A program made the position numbers and the translations under genes. 64,000 bases of DNA from Rozella allomycis CSF55 (Eukaryota), in assembly GCA_000442015.1 (NCBI GenBank), contig KE561096.1, positions 1-64,000 of the forward strand. Direction: 5' to 3'. Below, piece after piece: positions 10,640 to 23,970 of the stretch; position 1 is the stretch's first letter, and each line of letters opens with the position of its first letter. The notes beneath the pieces are model-generated. The model made no database searches, was not told the origin of the DNA, and saw nothing but the letters and a program-made list of their open reading frames with translations.

Positions 10640-12462
10640 ATGAAATGTCCAGTTTGTGACAAACCAAGGACTTTTGAAGCCTTACAATGCCAGCTTTGTA
10701 ACAAATGGTTTTGCTTTTCATGTTTGAATCTACGGAATCCAGTTGATAACCTCATACCATTTTTGTTAAATTATTCATACAGTTGTCATACCTGTCTAAA
10801 TTTGCCTAACAGTGTTTTTCAAACAATACCATCTACATGGAAATTGAAAATATCAGCTGCAGTAGCAAACATTGTGTATTCGAAGAAATCTCACTTTGTC
10901 ACACCACAAGAAATTATTGATTTTACAACATACAATTGGAATATTCTTAGTGGAGAAGACAAGAAACCTTTAAATTTGACAAACAAGATATCAGCTGCTG
11001 GTTTCAGATTGTACAATAGATTACAGGAAGGAAGATATTTCATCCCTGACATTGTATTTCATGAATTGCATCCCGAGTCAACAGAGTGTGCTTTTAGTGA
11101 CAAGGAAGACGAAGAAAACTTAAAATTCACTTATTTAGACTTTTTGCCAGAAACAAAAAAGAAACAGCCAATCGCTTATTCAGTTCCTGCAGACGAAGAG
11201 CTAGAAATTGAAATTGAAGTGGAAATGATAAAAGACCAAGAAGAAGACAATTTGAAACGTAGAAAGTCGACAAGAAAAAGAAAAACAAGGAGTGCAAAAG
11301 AGATTTTGGTGGATAATGAAAATGATGAAAATTCTCTCGCTAGAAAGAAAATTTATCAAAATGCGACGTTGGAAGACTATTTTACTAATCCATTTGCACT
11401 CTGTGTATCCAACGACCATCCCTTTGATAATGATTTATTCATTTACAAGCCTTGCGAAAAAGACCCAGTCCTTTCGTTCATTTATCGTCTAGCATATCCA
11501 GTTGAAGGCCCACACCTTTGCTCTGAACATTCAAGTCCGAATTTGTGCATCGATAAGTTCATTCGTTGTTATGCCCATTCCCCCAATTACAAATATCGTT
11601 CTGTAATGAGTAATTATGGCGTTTCTTCTGGATCATATTACTTTGAAGTTTGGTCTAACGGACTAGGAAATTTCAGATGTGGAGTGGGAAAATATTCAGG
11701 TAGTTTTAATACTTTGAACTCATTTAAGCTTGCTTACAGGCCCCAGTTGGATTTGATGATGTAAGTTACGGATTAAGAGACGTTGATGGCTCTAAGATTC
11801 ATCGATCTGTGAGAACATCATATTCTTCACCAATCAAGGCCAATGATGTAATTGGCATTTTAATGGAATTTGAACAAGGTAATTTTTGACTTAGGCACAT
11901 GATAGATGAACCCATCGATCAATATCGATCAGTTACACAATCAAGAATACCAATCAAGGTTAGGGGTCTTTTCTTTTTTGAAGAAAAAGTCGTGCCTCAA
12001 ACTAAATCAGAAAAAACAAAAAGTCTAAAAATAACATTTTTCTATAATGGGAGATCTGCAGGCGAAGCTTTTAAAGTCGAGGTAGATAAAAATGACGTTT
12101 ATCATGCAATGATATCTGCTTACGGTGGAGCTACCGTTGCCATTAATGCCGGACCTGTTTTTGTTTGCCCTCCTGAGAATGTTCTCTACAAACCATTAAG
12201 TGATGTGTCAACCGACATTCAAATTGATGAAACAATCAACGATATCATTTGCGAATTAGAACATTTAGACTTAATGGAAAAAGAACGCATAAGGAAGGAA
12301 AAAGAAGAAATGGAAGCAATTGAGCGTCAAAAGGCTTTGGAACGAGAAAGGCAACAAGTTCTTAATAATCAATTTTTATATTCCCAGAAATTCGTTTTTA
12401 CGGAACCTCAAAATGTACAACATGATCTAATCAATTTTTCATCTAATTTAATCTATAAATAA
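10640..12462 (+). CDS. ASH2: ASH2/Bre2 COMPASS subunit (PHD-like + SPRY)
   Basis: CPVC...QCQLCNKWF...CHTC N-terminus; SNYGVSSGSYYFEV, PVGFDDVSYGLRDVDGSKIH, ISAYGGATV. Confidence 0.85.
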
Positions 12463-12547
12463 ACTTTTCAGGTGGTATTTTTGTTTCTGAAAGCACATGG
12501 GACTGCGCCACGTCACTTTTTCTTTCAACCGTATTTAAATCTGATTT

Positions 12548-13249
12548 ATGAATAACCTTAATAGATCTCCGATGGATTCCTTATCTACAGCAGCTTTAAC
12601 CCTCAGATCTCAATCTCCAGTTACACAAACCCAAGATTCTGAAAAAGTTGTACTTTGCGCAAACTGTTTTACTGAAAGTACTCCTTTATGGCGGAGAGGG
12701 CTTATGGGCGAGCATTTATGTAAATATTATGCACATCATGTCATCTAGGTAATGCCTGCGGCCTATACGTTAGAAATCACAAGAAGCAGAGACCGATATC
12801 GAGAGCAGATTCGAAACAAAGAAATAGAACTAGAAAGTCTGAGGATGAAAAAATATTTTTAAGCACACCTGATCGTATTTCCCATCTACAGCATCCCCCA
12901 GTCCAGCACCAGCCTAGACCCATTTCCTTTACAAGAAATAGTTTCCAGGATATTTTAGAAGTTGGAGACTGTGTTGTTATAAAAGACTGGTTTGCCCCAG
13001 ATAAAACCTATTTCGTGATGATTAGAGAGGTTTTACCCCCGAATAAAAGTTGCGCAAAATTTACATGGATGCGTTTAAAGGAAACAAGTAAACATAAACC
13101 AGAATTACAGTTGAGGGACACTGACTTTATTTTTGGTATAAATTATTTATAGATTTCTAATAATAGGTCCTGATGACGAGTTATTTATCCCGCTCCATTT
13201 AGTGCTTCGGCTGTTACCTTTTAAAGGACCTATTTACAATTCCCAATAG
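12548..13249 (+). CDS. GATA zinc-finger protein, GATAD1-like
   Basis: CANCFTESTPLWRRG...LC|NACGLY across an intron; C-terminal VGDCVVI...FTW...FIFGPDD segment resembles GATAD1. Confidence 0.8.
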
Positions 13250-13309
13250 ATTTAGAAATATATAGACGAAACTAGAATAACCTTAAATAAAATTTATTCA
13301 CTTTTGTGT

Positions 13310-15562
13310 TTATTTATTTCGACGATCGAATTCTGCTGCTGCTTTGAGAGATCTTCCAATGTTATCCAATTCTTTAACCTTGAAAATACGAACAATGAGA
13401 TTCTTTGAAGAAAATACTTCTTCTAAAACTGACAAGGAAGGATCTTTGGAAGGTAATTTTTGATTGCGAACCCTATCAAATGCGTGACCTCTTTGAATTT
13501 CATTTAGTCGATAGTAAGACATTTTGTACATTAAAGATTCTTTCATCGTCTTTGAAGCAGAATCGCCAACGCTGTACTCACCAGCAGAGTTGTAGAAGTC
13601 TTTCTCTTTCACAAGATTTGGATAAATTCCTTGAGCGATTCTGACCATCCATAGAAATTTGTTAATGTCATCGCCAGAATAGCCAATGAGACCACCGTAG
13701 ATAATCAATACATAATTTACATCATGCTTTCTCATAACTTCGTACGCAGTTTCTTCGTTTGAAGCCAAAACTAAGCCAACAGTCGCAATGTGGGTATTGT
13801 TCCAGGTATTATTGTCAACTAGCGTCGTTCTATTAGAGAAACCAGCAATTTGATATCCATAATCCCACCAAGAAAGAATTCTTGAATCTGGTGGCGTGTT
13901 TTTTCTTAGCCAATAATAAGAATCTCTAAAGTCATCAATAATCACCTGGCGTCCAGATTGATCCCTTGACGCTAAGATTACAGACGGAGAAGAATAAGCA
14001 GAAGAAGTAATATACGTGCAATGTTGAATAAAGAACCATAGAAAATACAAACTAAGTAAATAAACAAGTACAGTGGAAACATAACTGTGGATAGCAGGTG
14101 CATTAGGGGATGTTTTGCTTTCAGAATTTCTGAATCGTTTCTTTTGAGGCTTTGGACTCTCTGCAGTTTCTCTAGAGAACTTTTCTAGAAGATTTGAAAT
14201 CGCTAATGCAGCAGCTACACAAACGACAGGGGTAAGGGTCAAAATCAATCTAACCATAACTCCAGCAAAGTATGACGCTGTAATGGAATACAAAATCACA
14301 AAAATGTGCTCATCTCTCCTTTTGGAGAAACAATAAAATACTCCAGCTGGGAATAAAGTCAATGCCAAATTCATGTCCATGAAAAAGGAACTCCATGTTG
14401 TTGGTTGATGTTCAGATACAGATGCAATGATTGGAATATATTTTTTCGCATAGCCAGTATCCCACAAGGAATAAAATCTTCCAGTAAAGGGCGCAATGAC
14501 CCCTGTCATAGTTAAGCCAATCAAAGTTGCAAACATCAATAAAACAACAGTTGCTACTCCGTAACGAATGAAGGATTTGAATTGATTATCTGTTGTATGA
14601 CTGCGAATAACATTAGCAAATGCAAAAAGTTGAATCAAACCAAACACACCTGTTCATGAATGAAGAATCTCATTACCCAGAGCAGCCATGTGTTCAGATG
14701 TTTTAGTTGGTTGAAAACCGACAAATGGAATTGTCATAGATGCTAATGTCCCCAACACATAAAAAGTAGAATAAGAAATATATATTCTCTCTGAAAACCT
14801 TCCCTGTTTTCAAACCTAAAAAACTTTGTACCATTAATATCAGAACGAATACATGTAAAGGAATCAAATTAGTGATAAAAACATAACCTCCCCATGCAGA
14901 CACCATGTAGTAATAAAACATTGCAGTCATCGCACCATAAAACGCTGAGCCAGTCTTAACAGCCTTTATCCACAAATAGAATGTAAACATTAATAAAAAT
15001 ATCGCAATCCCTTCATTATCGTAAGACCCCGCCACAGATCGAGATATATACCCTATCACAAACCACATTCATTTTATTACCAGGTGCAATACCGATAAAC
15101 AACGCGGCAAATAAACCAGATGTTACTCCTTTTAATTCTTTGGTAAACATAAAAGCAGCAAGAGCTGTAAAACCTGAAAACATCGGTGCGAGAAACACAC
15201 AAATATCTTTTATGTCAACAGGTATTCTAGCAATGTGATTTAGAACATAATAAATTGTTGCTGATGTGAACATAATACCAGGATAAACGCTATCTTAGTT
15301 TCTTTGATCCATGTTACGTTCCACCAACAACCCTTCCTAATGGGTACCATGAACTTTCGTCAAACCAATTCATAAACTCATAAAAGCCATTTTGAACCAA
15401 ATATTTTGTACTTCTAAAATTGAACCAAGGATCAAATTCATGAATAATCGATTCAAACCGAATAACAGAGAAAAGGCGCGTAAAAAATGAAATCAAATAA
15501 ATTAAAAGCAACACTACAACTGCTAGCCATGTTCGGGTTGATTCTTTGGAGAAACCAAACAT
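13310..15562 (-). CDS. STT3: Oligosaccharyltransferase catalytic subunit STT3
   Basis: [33 protein letters not shown] motifs. Start placed at the first in-frame ATG (uncertain). Confidence 0.97.
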
Positions 15563-15607
15563 GTTACCTAACAATCGATGACCAGGGTTCAACGTGCCAA
15601 CTGTGAT

Positions 15608-16791
15608 TTATTGTTTAAAATCAAATTCAGGAATCTTTAACGAGTGCCTATTGATAGGATATGGTTTTTCATTAAAAAATTCATGATCTAACGCATCAGC
15701 TGCTGTTATTCTTTTTTTGGGATTATAAGTCAAAAAGCTCATTAAAAGGTTAACTGTTTCTTCAGTGGCCTCAGGGAACCTAGCTTTAAGCATATTATAC
15801 CTATTTAAAAACAAGATTAATTTTTACGGTTGATCTTTAAATCTTACCAATCTAGAGTACGGCAAGTCAACAATTTCGGGCCAAATTTTCGGATTGGGAC
15901 AACCAAGAACATCAATGTACATGTCTAGTTGAGCTTGTTCAGTCTCTCCAGGAAAGAGTGGGGAGTGCTTCATCCATTCACCCATTACGCAACCTGTTGA
16001 CCTTGAATAACAATTGCATTATAAAGATACCAAAGATCTACAGCCGTAGTATAATCATCTTCACCTAGAATTAACTCTGGCGCTCTGTACCAAAGTGTCA
16101 CAACTTTCGGTGTCATTTTCAGTTTCACATCTGAATAGAGACGAGCAAGACCAAAATCGGCTAAATTATAAATTATGCCCATTTGGTACCGATTTTCAAA
16201 ACACCATCCGTTGTCAAAAGTAAGTTAGACAATTTGATGTCTCTGTGAATTACTTTTCTCTGGTGACAATAATCTAAACCCCTCAAGAGCTGTCTCAAAA
16301 GACATTTTATTTCTCTTAAATTCCATGGCTTTGTAGAGTTGTCCATGATGTATGCAAGGTCATACTCACAGTACTCTAGCACAAGATATATGCTATTCAA
16401 GGGATTTCCAACGACCACATCCTTCACAGAAACTATATTCTCGTGGTTAAGTGAACAAAGCAGCATTATTTCGCGCAAAGATGATAAAGGAACGCCGTCC
16501 GATTCATTGGTCAGTCTAACCATTTTCAATGCCACAAAATAGTCTGTTTCCTTGCCGTCATCATTTTCTGATACTTTTGATTTCTTTTTATCGCGTGCCT
16601 TGTCTTTTGTTAATAGAAATGAACAACTTACACACAATTCCGTATGTTCCTTCACCTATTCTATGGATTTTTTCGTACCTATCTACACTAGAGCAGGTTC
16701 CCATGAATGGCAATTTTATTTCAGTGGGATTTTTATCTAGGAATCCATACAGTTTCACGGGAGCAAGCTCTTCAGCTTCTGAAATTTCCAT
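15608..16791 (-). CDS. CDK10: Cyclin-dependent kinase, CDK10-like
   Basis: GEGTYG, PLSSLRE cyclin-binding helix, [24 protein letters not shown]. Confidence 0.85.
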
Positions 16792-16883
16792 TTAGAAATA
16801 TGCGGGGAAGTTTAGCATTTAAATAAAATATATTAAATTATTGATAAACAATAATTATGTTAATCAATTTAAGATTTTTCTGA

Positions 16884-18499
16884 ATGTCGTCAGATACAGA
16901 GACTGAATCGATTGGGGCTCATTTAGTAGATTTTTCTCAATATGACTCTACTTTTTTCATTCAAAAAATGGATTCAGCCGACATTTTATATCTTCCCCAA
17001 CAAAAAGAAGCAAAAATGGTTGGCCAGTACCTTTTGGGGGATGCAATTGGTGAAGGTTCGTATGGAAAAGTGAAGGAAGGATTCGATTCAGACACATTAC
17101 AAAGAGTGGCAATTAAAATTATGAAGACGAAAAAACTGAGAAAAATTCCAGGGGGAGAGGAGAATGTAAAGAGGTATTGAATTGTTGGTGCATGAATTTT
17201 AGAGAAATATCTCTATTAAAGCGATTAAAGCACAATAATATTGTAAAACTTTTGGAAGTTTTGTATAATGATGAGAAACAGAAAATGTACGTTGTGCTGG
17301 AGTACTGTGCCGGTCAACTTCAAACAATAATTGACAAAGCGCCAGAAAAGAAGCTACCTTTAAGTCAAATACAACAGTAATTTAATTATTTACTTATTAT
17401 AGTTATTTAATACAATTAGTAGAAGGAGTTGGATATCTTCATTCAAAATCTGTCATTCACAGAGGTAACGCAATTGTCACGACTTTATATAGACATTAAA
17501 CCACAGAATTTGTTAATAGCAGTTGATGGCACATTAAAAATATCAGACTTTGGAGTCGCAGATGAATTAGATATGTTCTCCCCTTCTGATATTTGTGGAG
17601 CAAGTGCGGGTAATACATTTGGACCCACATAACAGGTACGCCGGCGTATCAACCACCTGAAATCGCAAGTGGAAAAGATGAATTTAGCGGAACAAAGGTA
17701 GATGTGTGGTCAATTGGAGTGACATTGTAATTTGGTAATTGAAAGCGTATATAGTTATCATATGCTCACAGGCAAGTATCCATTCGAGGGTGAAAATGTT
17801 TATACCTTGTATGAAAATATAGCCAATTCGCCATTAGTAATTCCCACAGAGTTTGATTCCTTAATTACTAGTCTACTGGCTGGGATGCTGAACAAAGATC
17901 CCGATAGTAGAATGAGCATTAACGATCTTGCAAACCATCCGTAAACAGATAAATACCCGCTAATTTTTCAGTTGGCTAAGAATAACAATACCAAAATCAT
18001 TAAACGAGATTCCTATTTACAACGCCTGTGTTTACAAATCATCAGACTTTTTAAACTCAGAATCCGTCATTTCAGATACAACGGTTATCCCATACTTACG
18101 GAAAATATTCCCTGACATGAAGAGTGCAGTTGAAAAACCAACTTTAGCTGTTATACCTGATATGAACGAAGACGATACAAATGGTGAATACACACTAACC
18201 ACTTCTGAATCAAAAGATGAAAGGCTGCATTCTGGAATACTATCCTATGAATCAATAGCTGTTTCAAAAAGAAGTAAAGTAACGTTAATATTACATAAAT
18301 TAAACAGTCAAATCATTCATTACGGAAGTTGCGATCCCTAGAAAAGCAACCGCCAGAAGATCATTTAAAACTTGACATATCAAAGAATAAAAGTAGGCCA
18401 TCTTCTGGATATTGGTCATTCACAGCTTCAAAGTCCCCATCAATTGCATCACCGGAATTCGAAAAGTCAAAAACAACTGATAAATGCAAAATACAATAA
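16884..18499 (+). CDS. STK11: LKB1/STK11 serine/threonine kinase
   Basis: [72 protein letters not shown]; ends in CaaX motif CKIQ*. Confidence 0.9.
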
Positions 18500-18540
18500 A
18501 TAATAATAGATTTAATTTTAATAAGATTTAGATGTTTTTA

Positions 18541-19943
18541 TTAGTCTCTTTTAGTATTATCAATTAATGCAGGTGTTATGAACTGCGACAGATCTATCCC
18601 TTTCTCGATTAATGCTGCTTCTGCGTGTGTTGGAATTATTTTTTTATTTAATGATGGCTTTAAAGCAAGTTCTTTGATATGAAAGTTGTAAGGTTACCCT
18701 GTGTTGTGAAGTCAAACAATGGCGGCAAATCTTTCCCGTTAGCTAGTTTTGTTTCTGGTAGGCGTAATGGGTCAAAAAATGGATGTGCCAAAGCTTCAAC
18801 TGGAGATATTCTGGCTGTAGGAATGTATTGTAATAATTGAGAAATCAAATCTAAACATTCTTCACTAACTGTTTTGTTTTGAAAGACTCTTGACCATGGA
18901 TTAGCCTTAATTTGAGGGAACTTGAATTCAGTGTAATGCTGATTCATTGCGTGAATCTGTTCTTTGGTTGGAGTGCCCAGCACTTTTATTATTTCTACAA
19001 GTTGATCAACGCCAGATTCACCGGGGAAAATAGGCCTGCCCAAAATTAATTCCGCCATGACGCATCCTGTTGACCATAAATCTTTTTCTTTAAGTATCTT
19101 AGATAGTACCTATTGATGTTGTATAATCGGTTGCCCCAAATATCAACTCTGGGGCTCTATAATAGCGGGAGCAAATATACGACACGTTTGGTTCGCCAGC
19201 GACCAATATCTTAGCACAATTGAAAAATAAAATCATCTTTTACCTTCCAAAATCGCATAATTTAAGGATTCCGGTAGTTGGATCTAGCAAAAGGTTTTGT
19301 GGTTTAATATCTACTTTTAATACGTTTCAATTAGTACCTCTATGACAAATTCCTAGCGAATGGATGTAAGCTAATGATCTAAACAATTGGTACATATAAA
19401 GCTATAAATACAATGCAGATTGCTATTCTACCTGTATTTGTAAGACTGGCATATTCTGTTTGCTCTTTGAATAGTGCCTGCTGGCTCTATAAACTGTTTC
19501 CGGCACAAATTCTAAAACTAAATTTAAATAAACATCTTCTGTCTGATTTAATTTATACTTTTCAATGATTACTTTTTCGTCGTTTGTATAAAAGAATTCC
19601 TTTAGCGACACAATATTCGGATGTGAAACTAATCGCATTATTTGAAGCTCTCGATTCAATGGTTACAACAAAATCTATTAATTACCTTGAATCTCTTGTC
19701 CTGTAAAACTTTTTTTACAGCAATAACTTCATTAGTGGGTACAACTTTGGCTTGAAATACGACACCAAAGGATCCATTGCCAATTATCTTGGCGTTTGTG
19801 TAGCTGAAATCATGCGCTTCACCGGTTTTGCCATTATTAGCTGTAACAGTCACAATTTTTGCTGGATCAAGTTCTATGAATTGAATATAATAGAATTATT
19901 TACCAAGTTTTATGCCATTTATCGTCGTTGGTTTTGAAGTCAT
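18541..19943 (-). CDS. GSK3: Glycogen synthase kinase 3
   Basis: [65 protein letters not shown]. Confidence 0.97.
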
Positions 19944-20088
19944 AAGCGGGGTAGCTGGGCAAACTTCAGCAGGTAATTGTAAACAAAACAAATTGTAAAT
20001 TGGATCCACAACTAAGAAATTTTATAAAGGTCTAAAAGGCGCCAAAAGCAATAATATTTGTAAATAATGGGATAAATTTTAATAATAA

Positions 20089-20916
20089 TTAATATCTGAC
20101 AGTTTTTATTGAAACCTTCTTGCCATACACTCTGAGCAATACCATGATCCCTTTGGAGGAGTGCTCAGACCAACGCACACATAATGAAACCAGTTATATT
20201 TGCACAACTAAATAATCGAGCCAATTTGATAATTACTTCACCGCCATCACACTCTACCATGTCACCAAAGCTTACTTGCCTACAGAAACAATAAAGAGTT
20301 TCATCGGTAGTAGTTTGATTAACACTAGCTTCCTGATTAGATTCATTAATATTTGAAACATTCTCTTTATTTTCTTCTGAAAATGTAAATCTATGTAAAC
20401 GACATCTTTGAATTACTTTCTTGGCTCAAAAATTTTCTCATGTTCATTTACTACAACTTCAAAATTTTCAATGTCGTGATCTAATTGTTGAGCATACTTT
20501 CTGATCTTTGTGAAATAATGGCATCTATTTTACTAAACTCTTTAATTTCTCCCCCAAAGTAATTTTTGTAGATATGCAATCATTAGCCTTAATAAAATCT
20601 TCCCTAATCCTGGAAAGTCTAGATTCGTTTTCTGCATCAACTTTGTCTCTGGGCATGTTTCTTATTAGAAAAAATTCATCGTCGTCAGAGTCCACGTCTA
20701 TTATGCTATAATCGGGGTTTAGGTGTTTCTGTTTCATTAAAGCTTTTTTGTTGGCAAAAATATCCAAGCGCAAGGACTGTAGCCGAAGTTCTTCTTCACG
20801 CATTTCTTGTAATAAGGTAACGAATTCTAAAGGCAGCGTTTCAATATCTAATAATATAATAATATGATATCTTTATTACTGTCAATGATATCTTCAAAAC
20901 ATAGGGAATTAGACAT
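20089..20916 (-). CDS. ING-family PHD finger protein
   Basis: N-terminal IETLPLEF ING helix; C-terminal YCFCRQVSFGDMVECD...WFHYVCVGLSTPPKGSWYCSEC. Confidence 0.88.
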
Positions 20917-21117
20917 GAAATAAATCTGTCAAAAAACAGGGGTCCGAAAGAAATCATCTAAAGAAAACAAAAACAAAAAAAACTAATGTGGTATATACAG
21001 GCTCAGATTAAAGATAAGTTTTATTAGCAAAAAGGATGCATCAATGATTCTGAGAAGACTGAAGAATGGCATAAATACTTAAATAAAATAAAAATTATCA
21101 AATGGCAATAAATTTAT

Positions 21118-21822
21118 TTAAAACTTCATCAAGTGTGGAGCTTGACCATTTGTCAAAGAAAATGAAGCATTGAGATATGCAGAGAGTCTTGGAACCTTCT
21201 TAACTGAAGCGATGATCTTGGCGTCAATTTCTTTTTGAGCGGCAATCTTGGCTGGGTTAATTTCTTTCTTGGTTTCTTTTTCACCGAGAAATTCTTTCTT
21301 CTTTTCTTCAGCTGAGCGTTTGAAAAGAGAGTCATCAATGTTTTCAACGTTAACACCAGCGATGTCAACCTTGGTAGATGTAGCAATGACGTATGATTGA
21401 TTAACACGCTTCAATGGAACACCGTTGATTTTGTATGGTCCAGTAACCAACAATAAACCTGAAGAAAGTTGCTTCAAGAAAACAACGCGCTTGCCACGGA
21501 AACGTCCAGCTAAAAGAATCAAAACAGTTCCTGGAACAATAGTTTGACGCAATTTGGTCATTCTAGCGGTCTTTCTAACTGGTAATGGCTTCTTAATATC
21601 ATAAGCTGGATAGTAGCGGGATTCTTTCTTGATAGAAACAACACGGGTCTTTCCGTTCTTTTCTCCACCGATAGGTTTTGTAACAGTGGTTGGTTCAGCA
21701 GAAGCAACCTTTGCTTGAGCATTTGCTCTAGTTCTCTTGAAACATCCCTTCATCTTGTACATCTTGCTGCGGGAATACAAAGTAACACCAGCAACGGTTT
21801 TATTACGACTTTCGGAAACCAT
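21118..21822 (-). CDS. RPL6: 60S ribosomal protein L6 (eL6)
   Basis: PGTVLILLAGRFRGKRVVFLKQL, TGPYKINGVPLKRVNQSYVIATST. Confidence 0.97.
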   Translation of the reverse strand: MVSESRNKTVAGVTLYSRSKMYKMKGCFKRTRANAQAKVASAEPTTVTKPIGGEKNGKTRVVSIKKESRYYPAYDIKKPLPVRKTARMTKLRQTIVPGTVLILLAGRFRGKRVVFLKQLSSGLLLVTGPYKINGVPLKRVNQSYVIATSTKVDIAGVNVENIDDSLFKRSAEEKKKEFLGEKETKKEINPAKIAAQKEIDAKIIASVKKVPRLSAYLNASFSLTNGQAPHLMKF

Positions 21823-22102
21823 TTGATCTTAAATTAATAATCTGTAACAGTTAAATATTTGTAAAATGATATATTCAATACAAAACCAAACTAAATGGTG
21901 AAATACTTACCGAATAGTGCAAGGGTCTAGAAAAAATTTGTTGGAAATTTCATAATTTTGTGAAACTATTTTATTTGGTAGTTCCTTTTGTTTCAAATAC
22001 GATAAAATACAATGACTTCAATGATTTGAACATTTGAGAGGTTTTTTATGATTATTCCATTTTATCCCAAGTAAGGTACCAAGCCACTCGAATATCATCG
22101 AA

Positions 22103-22680
22103 ATGACTGCAAGGTAAAGTCAATATTATAGCAATAGCAGTGAAACACTTTTACCTACAATTCTATGGGCGCAAAGAAAGAATATCGTATACGTGACAGT
22201 TGAAATCAGTGAGCCAGAAGCCCCAATAATTTCCCTTTCTGAGGAAGTTCTTTCTGTGAAAGCAAAGTCCTCTATGTCTGGTGCAAATTATGAGGTCGAC
22301 ATTAAGTTTTATGAACCTATTAAAAAAGAGGTATATTTATGTTTTCTAATACAACAGGATTCAAAATACCATATCAGCGATAGAAATATTCAATTCATCT
22401 TGAAAAAACAAAATGAAGGTCCTTATTGGCCTAGGCTATTAAATGACAAATCAAAGAAACATTACATAAAGACCGACTTTACCAGATGGGTTGATGAAGA
22501 CGAGGAGGACGAAAAGACTGCTCCACCCCAAGATTTTGATTTCTCTAACATGGACTTTTCACAATTCGCTCAACAAGCAGGTGTCGGCGATGAAGCTGAT
22601 AGTGACGATGAAGAAGGTAATTGAAACAGAGTGGATGTAAAATAGATTCACAAAAAGAAGTCGAGGCAATTTCCGCTTAA
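22103..22680 (+). CDS. SBA1: Hsp90 co-chaperone p23/Sba1
   Basis: ILWAQRK, YWPRLL, IKTDFTRWVDEDEED; three short introns. Confidence 0.92.
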
Positions 22681-22754
22681 TTATTTGAATAAATTTAAAT
22701 TGTCGCATTATGTTTTTTCACATTTTATTTCATGATTGACCGGGGTTAAACGTT

Positions 22755-23371
22755 ATGTTGAATGTGAAAATTGGAGATTCCTTCCTAGGAGGAAAACCAG
22801 TGCAAATATTTCGCAGTATGTACCATGTTTTCTTTAATTTTTAAAGTTCCATTTGTTCCTGACTCTGTTTCAACACACCTCGGTGAACTAGACAACAAAA
22901 GTGGGAACGTTACTATTAACTATCCAATTAAGGTATGTTATACTTTTAAATTTTACTTTTTTCTATAAAAAAACCTCTTAAAGTGAAGGTCTGTATTACG
23001 ATCCCTACTTTTGAAATTGAGGTACATTAAAAATTGTGAGCTCAGGTCTTTGTTAACAAGTATTTAAACGAAAGAAGTTATATCACAAACAATTTGATTA
23101 ACAATTTTTTTCTAGGCTATTTGAACATCTTTAATTCTAGGGAAACTCTGAAGAATCTCAAGAGTTTAAAGGGAATAGTATAGCCTTGAAAGATGATGAG
23201 TATTTGGTAATACAGGACCCTCAAACACAAGAACTTACAATTGAAAAAATAGGCGCTGTCTTTAATGTTAAGAATAAGGGCAGGGTAAAGAAGGTTGTAC
23301 AAATGGTGAATGCTAATGATGATAATAGATCGATTTGCTCAGATGATTTTAATATAACGGATTCTGAATGA
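22755..23371 (+). CDS. ELL-associated factor (EAF)-domain protein
   Basis: Exons 22755-22815, 22847-22932, 23141-23371 give FVPDSV...FKGNS...KDDEYLVIQDPQTQELTIEKI, an EAF-like pattern. Confidence 0.65.
22972..23094 (+). ncRNA. Intronic box H/ACA snoRNA candidate
   Basis: Hairpin 1 closed by ACCTC/GAGGT (22973-23023), H box ACATTA (23024-23029), hairpin 2 closed by TTGTGA/TCACAA (23034-23088), ACA at 23089-23091; lies in an unusually long (208-nt) intron. Confidence 0.75.
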
Positions 23372-23451
23372 AATAATAATTTATCATTTTTTAGGCAATG
23401 TCGATTTCTCCAACTTCTTAAACTCCCTCTAATAAAATAAATTTTTGCTAT

Positions 23452-23946
23452 TTACTCTAAAGCTTGAATTACGTTATCAGAGTCTGTTTCACATATTATT
23501 CCACCGCATATCATTTCATTAATGACCGACGAAACTTTTTCAAAGTTGAAAATTACGTCGAGCTCACTTACATTGCCAAAATGTTTGTCCAGAGTCTCAA
23601 CCAAAATTTGTATAAAATCAAGAATAGCCAAGTGATTCTCATTTCCATCAACAATGACCACAATGTAAAGCGTTGCAAAACTTCGATAAACTATTGTCGC
23701 ATGATCATCATTCAGAATGCTAATTCGTTGATAATCGATTAATTTACATGTTTCCATTTATAAAATTGCAACAAGTTTCTGATCTTTGAGATACTGCATT
23801 GTACACAGCTTGAAATACATTCTTTTCATCCCATTTTTTGTCTTTCTATACATCAATTTCAATTGTTAATTAAGTACAAACGCTTTAGAAAATAATGTAT
23901 ATCTTGGTTTTCCTGCATTATTAAAGATTAGGAGCGAATACAACAT
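23452..23946 (-). CDS. APS3: AP-3 adaptor complex sigma subunit
   Basis: LIFNNAGKPR, IVYRSFATLY, AILDFIQILVETLDKHFGNVSELD. Confidence 0.88.
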
Positions 23947-23970
23947 TTAGGAAATTTCGAGTTCCGAATA

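Noticed and set aside
21842-21910. RPL6 5'-UTR intron as a stack or snoRNA host
   Set aside because: No internal AG|GT and no clear C/D or H/ACA layout; probably an ordinary longer intron.
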